A stretch of 64,000 bases of DNA from Nemertoderma westbladi (Eukaryota; Animalia; Xenacoelomorpha). The translations under genes were made by a program, and so were the position numbers. Every line of letters starts with the position of its first letter. Positions within the stretch are counted from its first letter, which is position 1. Of this stretch, positions 25,835 through 38,713 are shown in pieces. The notes under the pieces were generated by a model. The model saw nothing but the letters and a program-made list of their open reading frames with translations. It did no database searches and was not told where the DNA came from. The stretch is from assembly GCA_032718475.1 (NCBI GenBank), contig JAUCBJ010007173.1, positions 171,916 to 235,915 on the forward strand, read 5' to 3'.

Positions 25835-27055
25835 TGTAAAAGCTTTTGCGGAATTGCCCGGTTATTTTCCCCGTAAAGTACTCTGTAGTTGGTTTAGCAG
25901 GCATAAAAGGCCGTGTCATTGCTGTACCGGTGTTTTTAGGGGACATAAAAGTTATTTCTTCTGTATGTGTACTTTGGAGGACATGATTAGCAATTCTATG
26001 ATGCAACGCCCTAGATCCTCTTGAAACAGTGTCGTTACTATGATGACAGCTAATGGCTGAGCTTTACACGTGTAGCTTGCCCGGAGCCTTGCCTTGGTTC
26101 TTTGTTCTGCTCAGCTCAAAATGACGACATCTATCAGCTGTGTCCACGTGGAGCCTTTTGCCATTCGACCAATCAGAGATTCCCTCTTTGTTGTAAAAGC
26201 TGTACAGCAGAATTACAGGATTCAGTACTGACGTTTCCCCCACGCCTAGAACACCGGCCGGGGAATGTTTTCTGATATTAGAGCGTCTTTAATTATAAGA
26301 TCATCAAACGGTTATCACGGTTTTGCACCTCGGCATCTGATTAAGCACCCTGACGTAAACTGCTTTTCGCCGCATTATTTACTGCTATTTACTGTGTTGT
26401 TAATTGTATCGTTCGTTTACTTATTATTATTGGGAAGAATATTGATAACGATCCGAAAACCCAATCTTCTTGATACACTAAGGTTAGAGAGACCGGTTAC
26501 ATATAACAATTTGCGACATACATTATCGTGGTTTGTAGTGAGTTCAATGCTACTTAATAGGCCCTACAAATGTCGGTTGTTATTCTCTTTATATATGATT
26601 AAAATCAGTGAATGTCGGCAATTCAGTGTGCAGTTGTGTGCAATAGTCTGTGTGTGCTTGACCGAGTAACAAAGCATTTCCTAAAGAATGCACTTTGGTG
26701 ATCTATAAGACATACTGTTGTGTATAGTGTAAGTCATAGCTCTGTTTAAATAGATAGAGCGCCACGTCCTAAAGGAACTGCTAATATTTCCCGAAAGTGA
26801 ATAATATTCGTCAGAGATTATATATTAACGATCAATCGAATAGTACGGTAGGCCTGCACCGCAATCAAATTAAAGCATCCAAATCCAGTCTCCCGGGTAT
26901 ATCCAGCGGGTGAATGGTCGCGCACAGACTGGCTTTGGCTAATGTTAGAATTATTATAGGTGTTCAATACTTGTCATAGGCTGGAGTAGATTTATAACCT
27001 AGAAGACATATAGATTTGGCGGGTTAAACTGCCAAAGGTCTTAAAAGCGCGAACA
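25835..27055 (+). repeat. 3' LTR (1221 bp)
   Basis: Direct repeat of 14227-15447. Confidence 0.95.
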
Positions 27056-28091
27056 GTGGTCATCGACAGAGAGCCGACGGCATTTCTACTGATGGGAGCA
27101 CCTCTGAACCACAGATGAGCCTTTAGAACTGCCTTTGAAGGTCTTGTAGACCACCCGGGGCAGAAGGGCGTGTTGGTGTATTGCAATACCCGACATCTGG
27201 TGGACAGAGAAGTAGACACACCATACCGACGATGGAAGAAACACGAAGTGGACCGGGAGGAAGAGGCCGCTAGGAAAGAGAGGAGAGAGGCAGCTGGTAG
27301 AGAGGCAGTAGAAAGAGGAAGGGATTGTGATTTGGGATCAGAGCCCAGGATTTGGCTGAGTTGAGGTGGGACTCAGAGACCTCGGGCGAATTTCGGCTAG
27401 AAGTCAAGATAGAGTGGATGGAGGGATCGCCGATACAGTCGACATCTGGGTTGCAGAGAATACCTATATCCGCGGGATCCGAGGGTGACTTCAAGAGGAA
27501 GAGACAGAGAGCGGCGGAAGACTGGAGAGTTACGGGCGAGTACCAGGCTGGGAAGGGACATGGTAAATTGACTGCGTCCCAGGGTTGGAACCGCTTGTGG
27601 TGGAGGAGATGGAGGGAGACGAGTTCGGGGAGATGCCACCAATAGAGAGGATTGGTCAGGCTGACACGGACTGGGTGGACGGGAGAGTGGTGTTGGCCAG
27701 TGGGGCAAGAGCCTTCTGGGATCCTCCTTACCAGGAGGTAGCGATAGTGGCATCACACGGAGGGGTTATTAACACGCAACGCCACCTCGAAAATATACCA
27801 CGTGCCATGAAGATCATCATGTGGGACGCTACCAGGCTACCAGGACATTCAGTAGGACCGCCAGCGAAACGATACCACGAAATGATAACGGCCAAACCCA
27901 AGGATCCAACTACGGGGATTGGAAAAGCTGTATCCTTAAAGAGCATACAAGAGGAGAAGAAACGCCTGAGACAGGAAGACGGAAGACGACAGCGGCAAGG
28001 AGATGAGGTGGTTTCCAGAGGAAATGGGAGGGAAACTCTAAGATTGATGACAAACTGTATTGATATGCCTGGAAGGCACCGCGAGGACTAA
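27056..28091 (+). pseudogene. 3' part of the same ORF after the BEL insertion
   Basis: Removing 14227-27055 and one GTGGT joins FITVV|IDREPTAFLL in frame with ORF 27170. Same purine-rich coding style; stops and frameshifts follow. Confidence 0.7.
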
Positions 28092-28094
28092 AAC

Positions 28095-28234
28095 TAACTG
28101 TTACTCAAGGTTCACACCTTTTTATATAAGTATAAAAATTTATGCATACCATACATATGTAATCAATGGAAAAGTGCAATACGTAGATCTATAATAAATG
28201 TTCGGGATCCCTCGCCAACTCGGATCCCGTCACA
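28095..28234 (+). repeat. Truncated 3' LTR end of the old BEL element
   Basis: Ends CGGGATCC-loop-GGATCCCGTCACA, the same terminus as the sense strand of the 38714/45601 LTRs. Confidence 0.75.
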
Positions 28235-28419
28235 AGCAAGCAGATCGTATACTGTACGATTGTATACTGTACGACGGTGAATATTTTTGCTATGAATATT
28301 ACAGGGACAGGGAAGAAAGGGAATAAGTGTGTAGTAATTATTTCGTTTTTAAAATCAGAATCCCGAGGAAGTGTATTTTTATATGTTTGCCTATGGAGGC
28401 GCGAAAAATCGATTACATA

Positions 28420-28580
28420 CGACATTTGTGTCGAAACCATTCGAAGTGTTATGGGGAGTCTTCCAAGGAGACACACTTGCGCCATTCTTGTTCATAATTG
28501 TGGTTGACTATGTTCTACGCATGTCCTTAGATAATCATTATAACGATGCGGTGATGGTAACTCCACCTACTGGCTCCAAT
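28420..28580 (+). mobile_element. Short RTE-type LINE RT fragment
   Basis: PFEVLWGVFQGDTLAPFLFIIVVDYVLR, close to the copy at 62235-62378. Confidence 0.85.
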
Positions 28581-29947
28581 TATTAAACTATCAAATTATA
28601 CTATAATTATTGTCTGTTCGAGAACGGAATATACGGACATATTACCTGAAGCAAATTAATCGGTATAACTACTGAGGCCGTAATTAGTTTATCATTCATT
28701 CGAGCTTTTTGCTGAGGGTGGGTAAGAAATTTGTACTTTCATGCTCAGAGGTTTGCTACACCGTACTTTAGTATTTATTAACATAACAAATCAATTAGTT
28801 TGTAATTTATTATATTCGATGCTCAACAACACCCACTGTCGTTTTGTTTCCACATATCATATTATTACAAACTTTCATCTTTGTAGTTTCGCTACAAAGC
28901 CAAAATACCCAATGTAACTATATTAACACTTCTAATACAAAATTCTAGAACTTACACATTTATTGGTGTGTTTTAGACATTATTTGTTGCACAGTCTTCC
29001 CGAAGTTGAAAGAATTTATATCCATTCCCAACTGTTTTAAATCACTTTTGTAGCTAACAGCTTGACTTTTGTAGCAGACAGGCGATAAACAGTTATATCA
29101 CCCTATTGTTTAGCCAATCAGGTTTGAGAATAAGCGAGAATACATGATAAACTGTAATACTGGTTTGTTGCCCCAGCAATATGTAAACAAAAAGCGAGAA
29201 TTAATGATAAACATAATTCCAATAAAATTCCGACCGAAAAGTGAAAAACTGGTGTTATTCACTTTCACATGGGAGAGACTTTGTGCACACGAATTTGGAA
29301 GGCCCTCACATAGTAATGTATAATATTAATAGTGTTTACATATTATAGCCACAATTATTGCAATTACCACCATAGCGCCCAAGTTAATAACTACTGTTGT
29401 ATAAGTATTCATTGATTTTCCCTTTTACTTTAACGATATTGATCGAAGATGTGAACTACATTACATTCCATATGTAACACGCAATATACCAGTCTCTGTT
29501 AAACATGTTCTGTATACAGTATATACTGTAGATACAGAAGGCTTAACTGTATATCTTATAATATAATTTTTAATCTCAGTACAGGGTAGGAACTATTTTA
29601 ATGGGGTTGGCGATTCGGGAAATTTTTTCCAAGAAAGAGCATGAATGAGCTACTATAATATACTACTACAGTAGTACTGTACTATATTATAGTAGATCAT
29701 GGCGCATATAAAAAAACCACAGAGAGCAGTTTTACCTAAAAATTATATTGGCCTAGTTATAGCGATTTAAAACCCGAAATTAGTGTCATCGGAAAATCAT
29801 GGAGTTTTGGTAAACTGAATCAGTGACGTCACGCATGTCAGAGCAACAATTAATAGTCAAACGTATTTGATTGGCTAATATAAAATATAAATAAATATTG
29901 CAATACTTTAAAAATAAAAAAGTAATTAGTGTAGATAACATTTATTA

Positions 29948-30095
29948 AATAATTATTTATTACATGGGAAACAACGCAGTACATTTTTTCAATATTCTCT
30001 CGGCCCTTTATTAACCTCACTGGCGCTCAGTAAATAAAATGCCTCGTGAATAGTGAAAAAAGTTATATTTTTTTCTCATGTAAAAAATAAATATT
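29948..30095. mobile_element. ~150-bp fold-back (MITE-like) repeat; second copy in opposite orientation at ~49006-49148
   Basis: TATTTATTACATGGGA...CATGTAA inverted arms in both copies. Confidence 0.6.
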
Positions 30096-30899
30096 TTACA
30101 AGTAAGTTAAAAAGAACTACTGACTACCACGATGGTATGTTGTAAAACTACAGTCAGTGGCTAATAAATAGCTTTAGCTAACATTCACTAGCTACCATCA
30201 TAATTTGATATTATCAAATATTCTAGAACATATCTTTGTTCTAGAACATTCATACTTCATAAATTAATTAGAAACATGCAAATACAAGCTTGTTTACAAC
30301 GGACGTTTGCGAAATGGGCGAAGAATCCGTCTGTTTCTGTCTCTATTGGCTAATCAATTAATTTGTGCTGACTGAATCTGAGAAGGTAGGCCTTGTTCCC
30401 TCAGCTAAACTCGAAAGCCAATCAAAGCGGCAAGTAATAAGAGCTTCTCTTCGAAGGAGAAATGTCGAAACGGGTTCCACCGTTACCTTATGAACCCGTA
30501 AGGGAATTGTTTCAGTTACACATCGATGTTACACAAGGTCTACCGGAAACAGATTCTTTACAAATCTCTGAAAAGTAAATACTGTAATTAAAATTGTGAT
30601 AATGTTTCTTTTAATATTTTTCTCTTGTATGTGATAATTAACTCTAGAATCCACCAAACTTCACCCGAATGCAGACTGTCACACGAATGCAGTTCACCAA
30701 ACTTCCCCCGAATGCACAATGTCACACGAATGCAGACGAATACCGGTACATGATATGGCTGAATAGTCGCGAATAACTGAATACTCTGAACTCTGCAATC
30801 TGGAAATGCTGGAATGGCTGAAGAAAGCGAAATAGGCCTACCACACTTCCTAAGCAGCCAAGGCCACATTATTGCTGCATTGTACCGGTATTGCTGAAT

Positions 30900-31219
30900 T
30901 TCAAACCCACCTGATATATCCGACAGTCACCTAGCAACCAGCTGATGCCAAGCCTAATAATTTTTGGGTAAACAAATTTATTATAACTGCAAGATAGTTA
31001 CGCAGATGCTGCTCGAAGACCCCACGCAAATTCAACCTTGAAAATTTCTAAACTTTTGCAAGACTACAAATGTACCAAGTTTGGATATATTTTATCGAGA
31101 TTTGGCTGAGTTATTAACGTTTAAAATTGGACACAACAGAGCAACAGAACAACAGACACACCGATTGAGTTAGTGGTACCTGTATGCTAAGCTCGTTTAC
31201 TTTCGTCGCTCGCCCCACA
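30900..31219 (-). mobile_element. Partial Helentron/DINE-1-like (HINE) element
   Basis: Same terminus (GTGGGGCGAGC) and AAACTTGGTAC core as the copies at 49849-51463 and 52095-54527. Confidence 0.65.
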
Positions 31220-31265
31220 CAAAATGTAATAAATTTGTGCATTAAATAAAAATAATATAAACTCA

Positions 31266-31600
31266 GTGATTCGCAATAAAGCAGTTAATCAAACTAAATT
31301 CTCTTCTTATCTAGAATTTAACCCAAAATTAGTGGTGCATCCATTTTATACGTCCAATAAGTATATACCGGATAATATGCGTGTTAATTTTAGTCGTATT
31401 CGGTTAAGTTCTAATAGACGAAGAGTTGAGATTGGGCGGTGGAGTAGAACCCGCGAGGAAAAAGTCTGTAGCTGTGACGACGATAAAATCAAAGCAGAAT
31501 CAGTTTCATGTTCTATGTTTGAATGCCCCCTCACTGTAAGCACGGAATTTTTGACTTGCCCCTCTATGAGTTCTAATAATATGATTATTAATGATATGTT
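31266..31600 (+). mobile_element. LINE ORF2 C-terminal fragment
   Basis: FSRIRLSSNRRRVEIGRW...VCSC...FECP, the usual C-terminal Cys-motif region of APE-type LINE ORF2. Confidence 0.7.
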
Positions 31601-31873
31601 TATATTATTGGCAAATGCTACTAAACTAGGCTAAGCAACGAACCAAATTATGGCCGATTGTTTAATTTTCCTTAGCTTCTTGGTTGCAATTCCTTTAGGA
31701 AATGCCTTTCTAGTTTAGAGTTCTAAATTACAGATTATTATCTCTTATCTGACAAGAGTAATAATATAGGATAGGATAAATGGAAGCAAAGTGTGGCAGT
31801 AACAAAAATCTCCCCGACACCCTTGCGTGTCTTAAGTATATGATATCTCAAAGGGGGAAGTTTGGATTCACTG

Positions 31874-34800
31874 CATAAATTCAGTTCTCCAAACTTCCCC
31901 CGAATGCACACTGTCACATAAATGCAGTTCACCAAAGTTCCCCCGAATCCATACTGTCACACGAATGCAGTTCACCAAACTTCCCCCGAATGCACACTGT
32001 CACACGAATGTAGTTCACCAAACTTTCCCCGAATGCAGACTGTCACATAAATGCAGTTCACCAAACTTCCCCCGAATGCACAATGTCACACGAATGCAGT
32101 TCACCAAATTTCCCCCGAATACACACTGTCACATAAATGCAGTTCACCAAACTTCCCCCGAATGCACAATGTCACACGAATGCAGTTCACCAAACTTCCC
32201 CCGAATGCACACTGTCACATAAATGCAGTTCACCAAATTTCCCCCGAATGCACACTGTCACACTAATGCAGTTCACCAAATTTCCCCCGAATGCACACTG
32301 TCACATAAATGCAGTTCACCAAACTTCCCCCGAATGCACACTGTCACACGGATGCAGTTCACCAAACTTCCCCCTAATGCACACTGTCAAACGAATGCAG
32401 TTCACCAAACTTCCCCCGAATGCACCCTGTCACATAAATGCAGTTCACCAAACTTCCCCCGAATGCACACTGTCACACGGATGCAGTTCACCAAACTTCT
32501 CCCGAATGCAGACTGTCACACGGATGCAGTTCACCAAACTTCCCCCGAATGCACACTGTCACACGGATGCAGTTCACCAAACTTCCCCCGAATGCACACT
32601 GTCACACGAATGCAGTTCACCAAACTTCCCTCGAATGCACACTGTCACATAAATGCAGTTCACCAAACCTCCCCCGAATGCACAATGTCACACGAATGCA
32701 GTTCACCAAACTTCCCCCGAATGCATACTGTCACATAAATGCAGTTCACCAAACCTCCTCCCTCGAATGCACAATGTCACACGGATGCAGTTCACCAAAT
32801 TTCCCCCGAATGCACACTGTCACATAAATGCAGTTCACCAAACTTCCCCCGAATGCACACTGTCACATAAATGCAGTTCACCAAACTTCCCCCGAATGCA
32901 CACTGTCACATAAATCCAGTTCACCAAACTTCCCCCGAATGCACACTGTCACATAAATGCAGTTCACCAAACCTCCCCCGAATGCACACTGTCACATAAA
33001 TGCAGTTCACCAAACCTCCCCCGAATGCACACTGTCACATAAATGCAGTTCACCAAATTTCCCCCGAATGCACACTGTCACATAAATGCAGTTCACCAAA
33101 CTTCCCCCGAATGCACACTGTCACATAAATGCAGTTCACCAAACCTCCCCCGAATGCACACTGTCACATAAATGCAGTTCACCAAATTTCCCCCGAATGC
33201 ACACTGTCACATAAATGCAGTTCACCAAACTTCCCCCGAATGCACACTGTCACATAAATGCAGTTCACCAAACTTCCCCCGAATGCACACTGTCACATAA
33301 ATCCAGTTCACCAAACCTCCCCCGAATGCACACTGTCACATAAATGCAGTTCACCAAACTTCCCCCGAATGCACACTGTCACACGGATGCAGTTCACCAA
33401 ACTTCCCCCGAATGCACACTGTCACATAAATGCAGTTCACCAAACTTCCCCCGAATGCACACTGTCACATAAATCCAGTTCACCAAACCTCCCCCGAATG
33501 CACACTGTCACATAAATGCAGTTCACCAAATTTCCCCCGAATGCACACTGTCACACGGATGCAGTTCACCAAACTTCCCCCGAATGCACACTGTCACATA
33601 AATGCAGTTCACCAAACTTCCCCCGAATGCACACTGTCACATAAATCCAGTTCACCAAACCTCCCCCGAATGCACACTGTCACATAAATGCAGTTCACCA
33701 AATTTCCCCCGAATGCACACTGTCACACGGATGCAGTTCACCAAACTTCCCCCGAATGCACACTGTCACATAAATGCAGTTCACCAAACCTCCCCCGAAT
33801 GCACACTGTCACATAAATGCAGTTCACCAAATTTCCCCCGAATGCACACTGTCACATAAATGCAGTTCACCAAACTTCCCCCGAATGCACACTGTCACAT
33901 AAATGCAGTTCACCAAACTTCCCCCGAATGCACACTGTCACATAAATCCAGTTCACCAAACCTCCCCCGAATGCACACTGTCACATAAATGCAGTTCACC
34001 AAACTTCCCCCGAATGCACACTGTCACACGGATGCAGTTCACCAAACTTCCCCCGAATGCACACTGTCACATAAATGCAGTTCACCAAACTTCCCCCGAA
34101 TGCACACTGTCACATAAATCCAGTTCACCAAACCTCCCCCGAATGCACACTGTCACATAAATGCAGTTCACCAAATTTCCCCCGAATGCACACTGTCACA
34201 CGGATGCAGTTCACCAAACTTCCCCCGAATGCACACTGTCACATAAATGCAGTTCACCAAACTTCCCCCGAATGCACACTGTCACATAAATCCAGTTCAC
34301 CAAACCTCCCCCGAATGCACACTGTCACATAAATGCAGTTCACCAAATTTCCCCCGAATGCACACTGTCACACGGATGCAGTTCACCAAACTTCCCCCGA
34401 ATGCACACTGTCACATAAATGCAGTTCACCAAACTTCCCCCGAATGCACACTGTCACATAAATCCAGTTCACCAAACCTCCCCCGAATGCACACTGTCAC
34501 ATAAATGCAGTTCACCAAATTTCCCCCGAATGCACACTGTCACACGGATGCAGTTCACCAAACTTCCCCCGAATGCACACTGTCACATAAATGCAGTTCA
34601 CCAAACTTCCCCCGAATGCACACTGTCACATAAATCCAGTTCACCAAACTTCCCCCGAATGCACACTGTCACATAAATCCAGTTCACCAAACCTCCCCCG
34701 AATGCACACTGTCACATAAATGCAGTTCACCAAATTTCCCCCGAATGCACACTGTCACACGGATGCAGTTCACCAAACTTCCCCCGAATGCACACTGTCA

Positions 34801-36566
34801 CATAAATGCAGTTCACCAAACTTCCCCCGAATGCACACTGTCACATAAATCCAGTTCACCAAACCTCCCCCGAATGCACACTGTCACATAAATGCAGTTC
34901 ACCAAATTTCCCCCGAATGCACACTGTCACATAAATCCAGTTCACCAAACCTCCCCCGAATGCACACTGTCACATAAATGCAGTTCACCAAATTTCCCCC
35001 GAATGCACACTGTCACACGGATGCAGTTCACCAAACTTCCCCCGAATGCACACTGTCACATAAATGCAGTTCACCAAACTTCCCCCGAATGCACACTGTC
35101 ACATAAATCCAGTTCACCAAACCTCCCCCGAATGCACACTGTCACATAAATGCAGTTCACCAAATTTCCCCCGAATGCACACTGTCACACGGATGCAGTT
35201 CACCAAACTTCCCCCGAATGCACACTGTCACATAAATGCAGTTCACCAAACTTCCCCCGAATGCACACTGTCACATAAATCCAGTTCACCAAACTTCCCC
35301 CGAATGCACACTGTCACATAAATCCAGTTCACCAAACCTCCCCCGAATGCACACTGTCACATAAATGCAGTTCACCAAATTTCCCCCGAATGCACACTGT
35401 CACACGGATGCAGTTCACCAAACTTCCCCCGAATGCACACTGTCACATAAATGCAGTTCACCAAACTTCCCCCGAATGCACACTGTCACATAAATCCAGT
35501 TCACCAAACCTCCCCCGAATGCACACTGTCACATAAATGCAGTTCACCAAATTTCCCCCGAATGCACACTGTCACACGGATGCAGTTCACCAAACTTCCC
35601 CCGAATGCACACTGTCACATAAATGCAGTTCACCAAACTTCCCCCGAATGCACACTGTCACATAAATCCAGTTCACCAAACCTCCCCCGAATGCACACTG
35701 TCACATAAATGCAGTTCACCAAACTTCCCCCGAATGCACACTGTCACATAAATCCAGTTCACCAAACCTCCCCCGAATGCACACTGTCACATAAATGCAG
35801 TTCACCAAACCTCCCCCGAATGCACACTGTCACATAAATGCAGTTCACCAAACTTCCCCCGAATGCACACTGTCACATAAATCCAGTTCACCAAACCTCC
35901 CCCGAATGCACACTGTCACATAAATGCAGTTCACCAAATTTCCCCCGAATGCACACTGTCACACGGATGCAGTTCACCAAACTTCCCCCGAATGCACACT
36001 GTCACATAAATGCAGTTCACCAAACTTCCCCCGAATGCACACTGTCACATAAATCCAGTTCACCAAACCTCCCCCGAATGCACACTGTCACATAAATGCA
36101 GTTCACCAAACTTCCCCCGAATGCACACTGTCACATAAATCCAGTTCACCAAACCTCCCCCGAATGCACACTGTCACATAAATGCAGTTCACCAAACCTC
36201 CCCCGAATGCACACTGTCACATAAATGCAGTTCACCAAATTTCCCCCGAATGCACACTGTCACATAAATGCAGTTCACCAAATTTCCCCCGAATGCACAC
36301 TGTCACATAAATGCAGTTCACCAAATTTCCCCCGAATGCACAATGTCACATAAATCCAGTTCACCAAACCTCCCCCGAATGCACACTGTCACATAAATGC
36401 AGTTCACCAAACCTCCCCCGAATGCACACTGTCACATAAATGCAGTTCACCAAATTTCCCCCGAATGCACACTGTCACATAAATGCAGTTCACCAAATTT
36501 CCCCCGAATGCACACTGTCACATAAATGCAGTTCACCAAATTTCCCCCGAATGCACAATGTCACAT
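31874..36566. repeat. 43-bp satellite array (~109 monomers) with a 172-bp higher-order period in the centre
   Basis: Monomer AATGCAGTTCACCAAACTTCCCCCGAATGCACACTGTCACATA. Variants recur every 172 bp (ORF-track starts 33903, 34075, 34247, 34419). Confidence 0.97.
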
Positions 36567-37421
36567 GATTCTATAGGAATTATAATCGCAACAAATATTG
36601 GAGAAAACACTGCCAATGTGTAATTTACTCACTTAATCAATACTTTGTCATCTAATCTGCGTCACTTAATCAATACTGCGTCCTTTTTTGCCCTGTTGGG
36701 TTTATATTTTAACCAACTTTAAAGACATAAAAGTTATACGGATGATAAGATTATAGTTGGAAACTAGAATTCCGAGCCGCTTCTCTGGTACGAAAATAAC
36801 AAATTTGGTCGGTTCCTTGATCGAAAAGGCCCCCAGAATCCCAAGTTAACCATCCTCATTAAATTCTGCTTAAGACGAAATAAAGAAACAAGAATTTCAA
36901 AAATTTGAGCAAGGGGGGGGTTACCCCCTCAGGATTTTTTTTAAAACAGCCCTAACTTCGTGTTGTAGGTCAATATAACTGTTATTTGGTGTTCAGCCAA
37001 CAAAAATATAAATTTTAAATTTTTTTGTGTCCCTCTAGCGGCGAGTGGCGGTATAAAGACTACTAGTCCCTTAATAGTTATCCAATTTATTTGAAACCAA
37101 CTTTTTTGGACTCAGTACCTTCGAATCTACAAAAATTATTATTATTAAATTATTTTTTAAATTATTAATTTTAAGTAAATTAATTTAATTAATTAATTAA
37201 AATTAATAAAATTTAATAAAATTAATTCAAAATTTTCAAAAGAATTGAAAAAAAAAATTTCAAAAAAGTGCTGGATAATTTTTCAAGATCTTTAGAAAAC
37301 CTTCAAACGAGCCATAAATTATCGAATTTTGGTGAAAAACGGCGGAGTAATAGTATTTTGAAAAATTGAAATACCGTGAAATGTAATAATTAATAAAGTA
37401 AATAATAATTCTTAATTTAAA

Positions 37422-37605
37422 TAATAATTAATAATTTAAATAATAATTAATAATTTAAATAATAATTAATAATTTAAATAATAATTAATAATTTAAATAA
37501 TAATTAATAATTTAAATAATAATTAATAATTTAAATAATAATTAATAATTTAAATAATAATTAATAATTTAAATAATAATTAATAATTTAAATAATAATT
37601 AATAC
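37422..37605. repeat. Pure-AT 19-bp minisatellite (TAATAATTAATAATTTAAA), ~9-10 copies
   Basis: Read directly from the sequence. Confidence 0.9.
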
Positions 37606-37804
37606 TTTTAATAATTTCATAATTTAAATTAATAATAATTTTAAACAAGGAGGGGGTACCACCCCCCCCCCCCCCCCCCTTAACAATAACCGAAGTTGTT
37701 TCCCTTGCTTTTTACCAAAAACTATTTAGACTTAGGATAACCCCTATAGAGTTTACAATAGACCCGTGAAGTCAAATCACAATTTTCAAAATTTATTGTC
37801 AAAA

Positions 37805-38296
37805 TTGATGTGTACCAACATCTGTGAGTACTCACATTATTTGTGTGTACCAACATCTGTGAGTACTCACATTATTGATGTGTACAAACATCTGTGAGTA
37901 CTCACATTATTGATGTGTACCAACATCTGTGAGTACTCACATTATTGGTGTGTACCAACATCTGTGAGTACTCACATTATTGATGTGTACCAACATCTGT
38001 GAGTACTCACATTATTGATGTGTACCAACATCTGTGAGTACTCACATTATTGGTGTGTACCAACATCTGTGAGTACTCACATTATTGATGTGTACCAACA
38101 TCTGTGAGTACTCACATTATTGGTGTGTACCAACATCTGTGAGTACTCACATTATTGATGTGTACCAACATCTGTGAGTACTCACATTATTGATGTGTAC
38201 CAACATCTGTGAGTACTCACATTATTGATGTGTACCAACATCTGTGAGTACTCACATTATTGGTGTGTACCAACATCTGTGAGTACTCACATTATT
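37805..38296. repeat. 35-bp minisatellite, ~14 copies, each with the palindrome TGTGAGTACTCACA
   Basis: Unit TGATGTGTACCAACATCTGTGAGTACTCACATTAT; no unique spacers. Confidence 0.95.
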
Positions 38297-38317
38297 CATT
38301 TAAATATTATTTTTCAG

Positions 38318-38569
38318 TATTTGCTGGATGTGGATGGAGCCTAAAAAATATATTAAAAGGGATATCAAAATTAAACGGGGAACTCGGCATTCAAATTTGA
38401 ATTTATACTGTCTGCGGGGCGGGTACTGATTGGATAAATTCATCGTTTATTTTTGACATTCTTGTCGGCTTTCTATATATTTTGTATTCATAAATATCTA
38501 ACGTTTATTGCAAGTTGCTACAAACCTGCCAGGAAAAACAGACATTCGCCCAAGAAATACTTTGTGGTC
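38318..38569 (+). pseudogene. Candidate upstream exons (38318-38422, 38515-38569) of the Ly6-like gene, with an in-frame TGA
   Basis: TTTTCAG acceptor; FAGCGWSLK resembles a signal-peptide end; CTAAC branch point before 38515; GTAAG donor at 38570; intron phases match the 46304 exon; TGA at 38398-38400. Confidence 0.4.
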
Positions 38570-38713
38570 GTAAGATATTGAGCTTTTGTGTCTACAGGAT
38601 AGTCATTACTGGCTGTAAGATTGAGCTTATGTGCCTACAAGATAGTCATTAGTGGGTGTAAGATTGGGCTGGGCGCACATGATTGTAGGCCCAAGTTTAT
38701 CGATCACCAATTG

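Larger units (their letters stand above)
14227..27055 (+). mobile_element. Young non-autonomous BEL/Pao LTR element (12.8 kb); gag-protease kept, RT and integrase deleted
   Basis: 1221-bp TG...CA LTRs with ~9 differences counted by eye; TSD GTGGT (14222-14226 and 27056-27060); BEL Gag and DSGS protease; purine-rich GGGAGCGG before the 3' LTR. Confidence 0.95.

Noticed and set aside
28257-28420. Similar short ORFs here and at 55101-55316 (minus) as a gene pair
   Set aside because: A dispersed non-coding repeat fragment; no domain or splice support.
31965-36095. Many Cys/His-rich ORFs (MQFTKLPPNAHCH...)
   Set aside because: These are translations of a 43-bp satellite that cycles through frames, not genes.
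37805-38296. CRISPR-like or lac-operator-like look of the 35-bp palindromic repeat
   Set aside because: No unique spacers, no cas genes and a eukaryotic context; the likeness to the symmetric lac operator is treated as coincidence.
38398-38400. In-frame TGA as selenocysteine
   Set aside because: No SECIS was recognised after 46868 and the exon itself is uncertain; a nonsense mutation is simpler.
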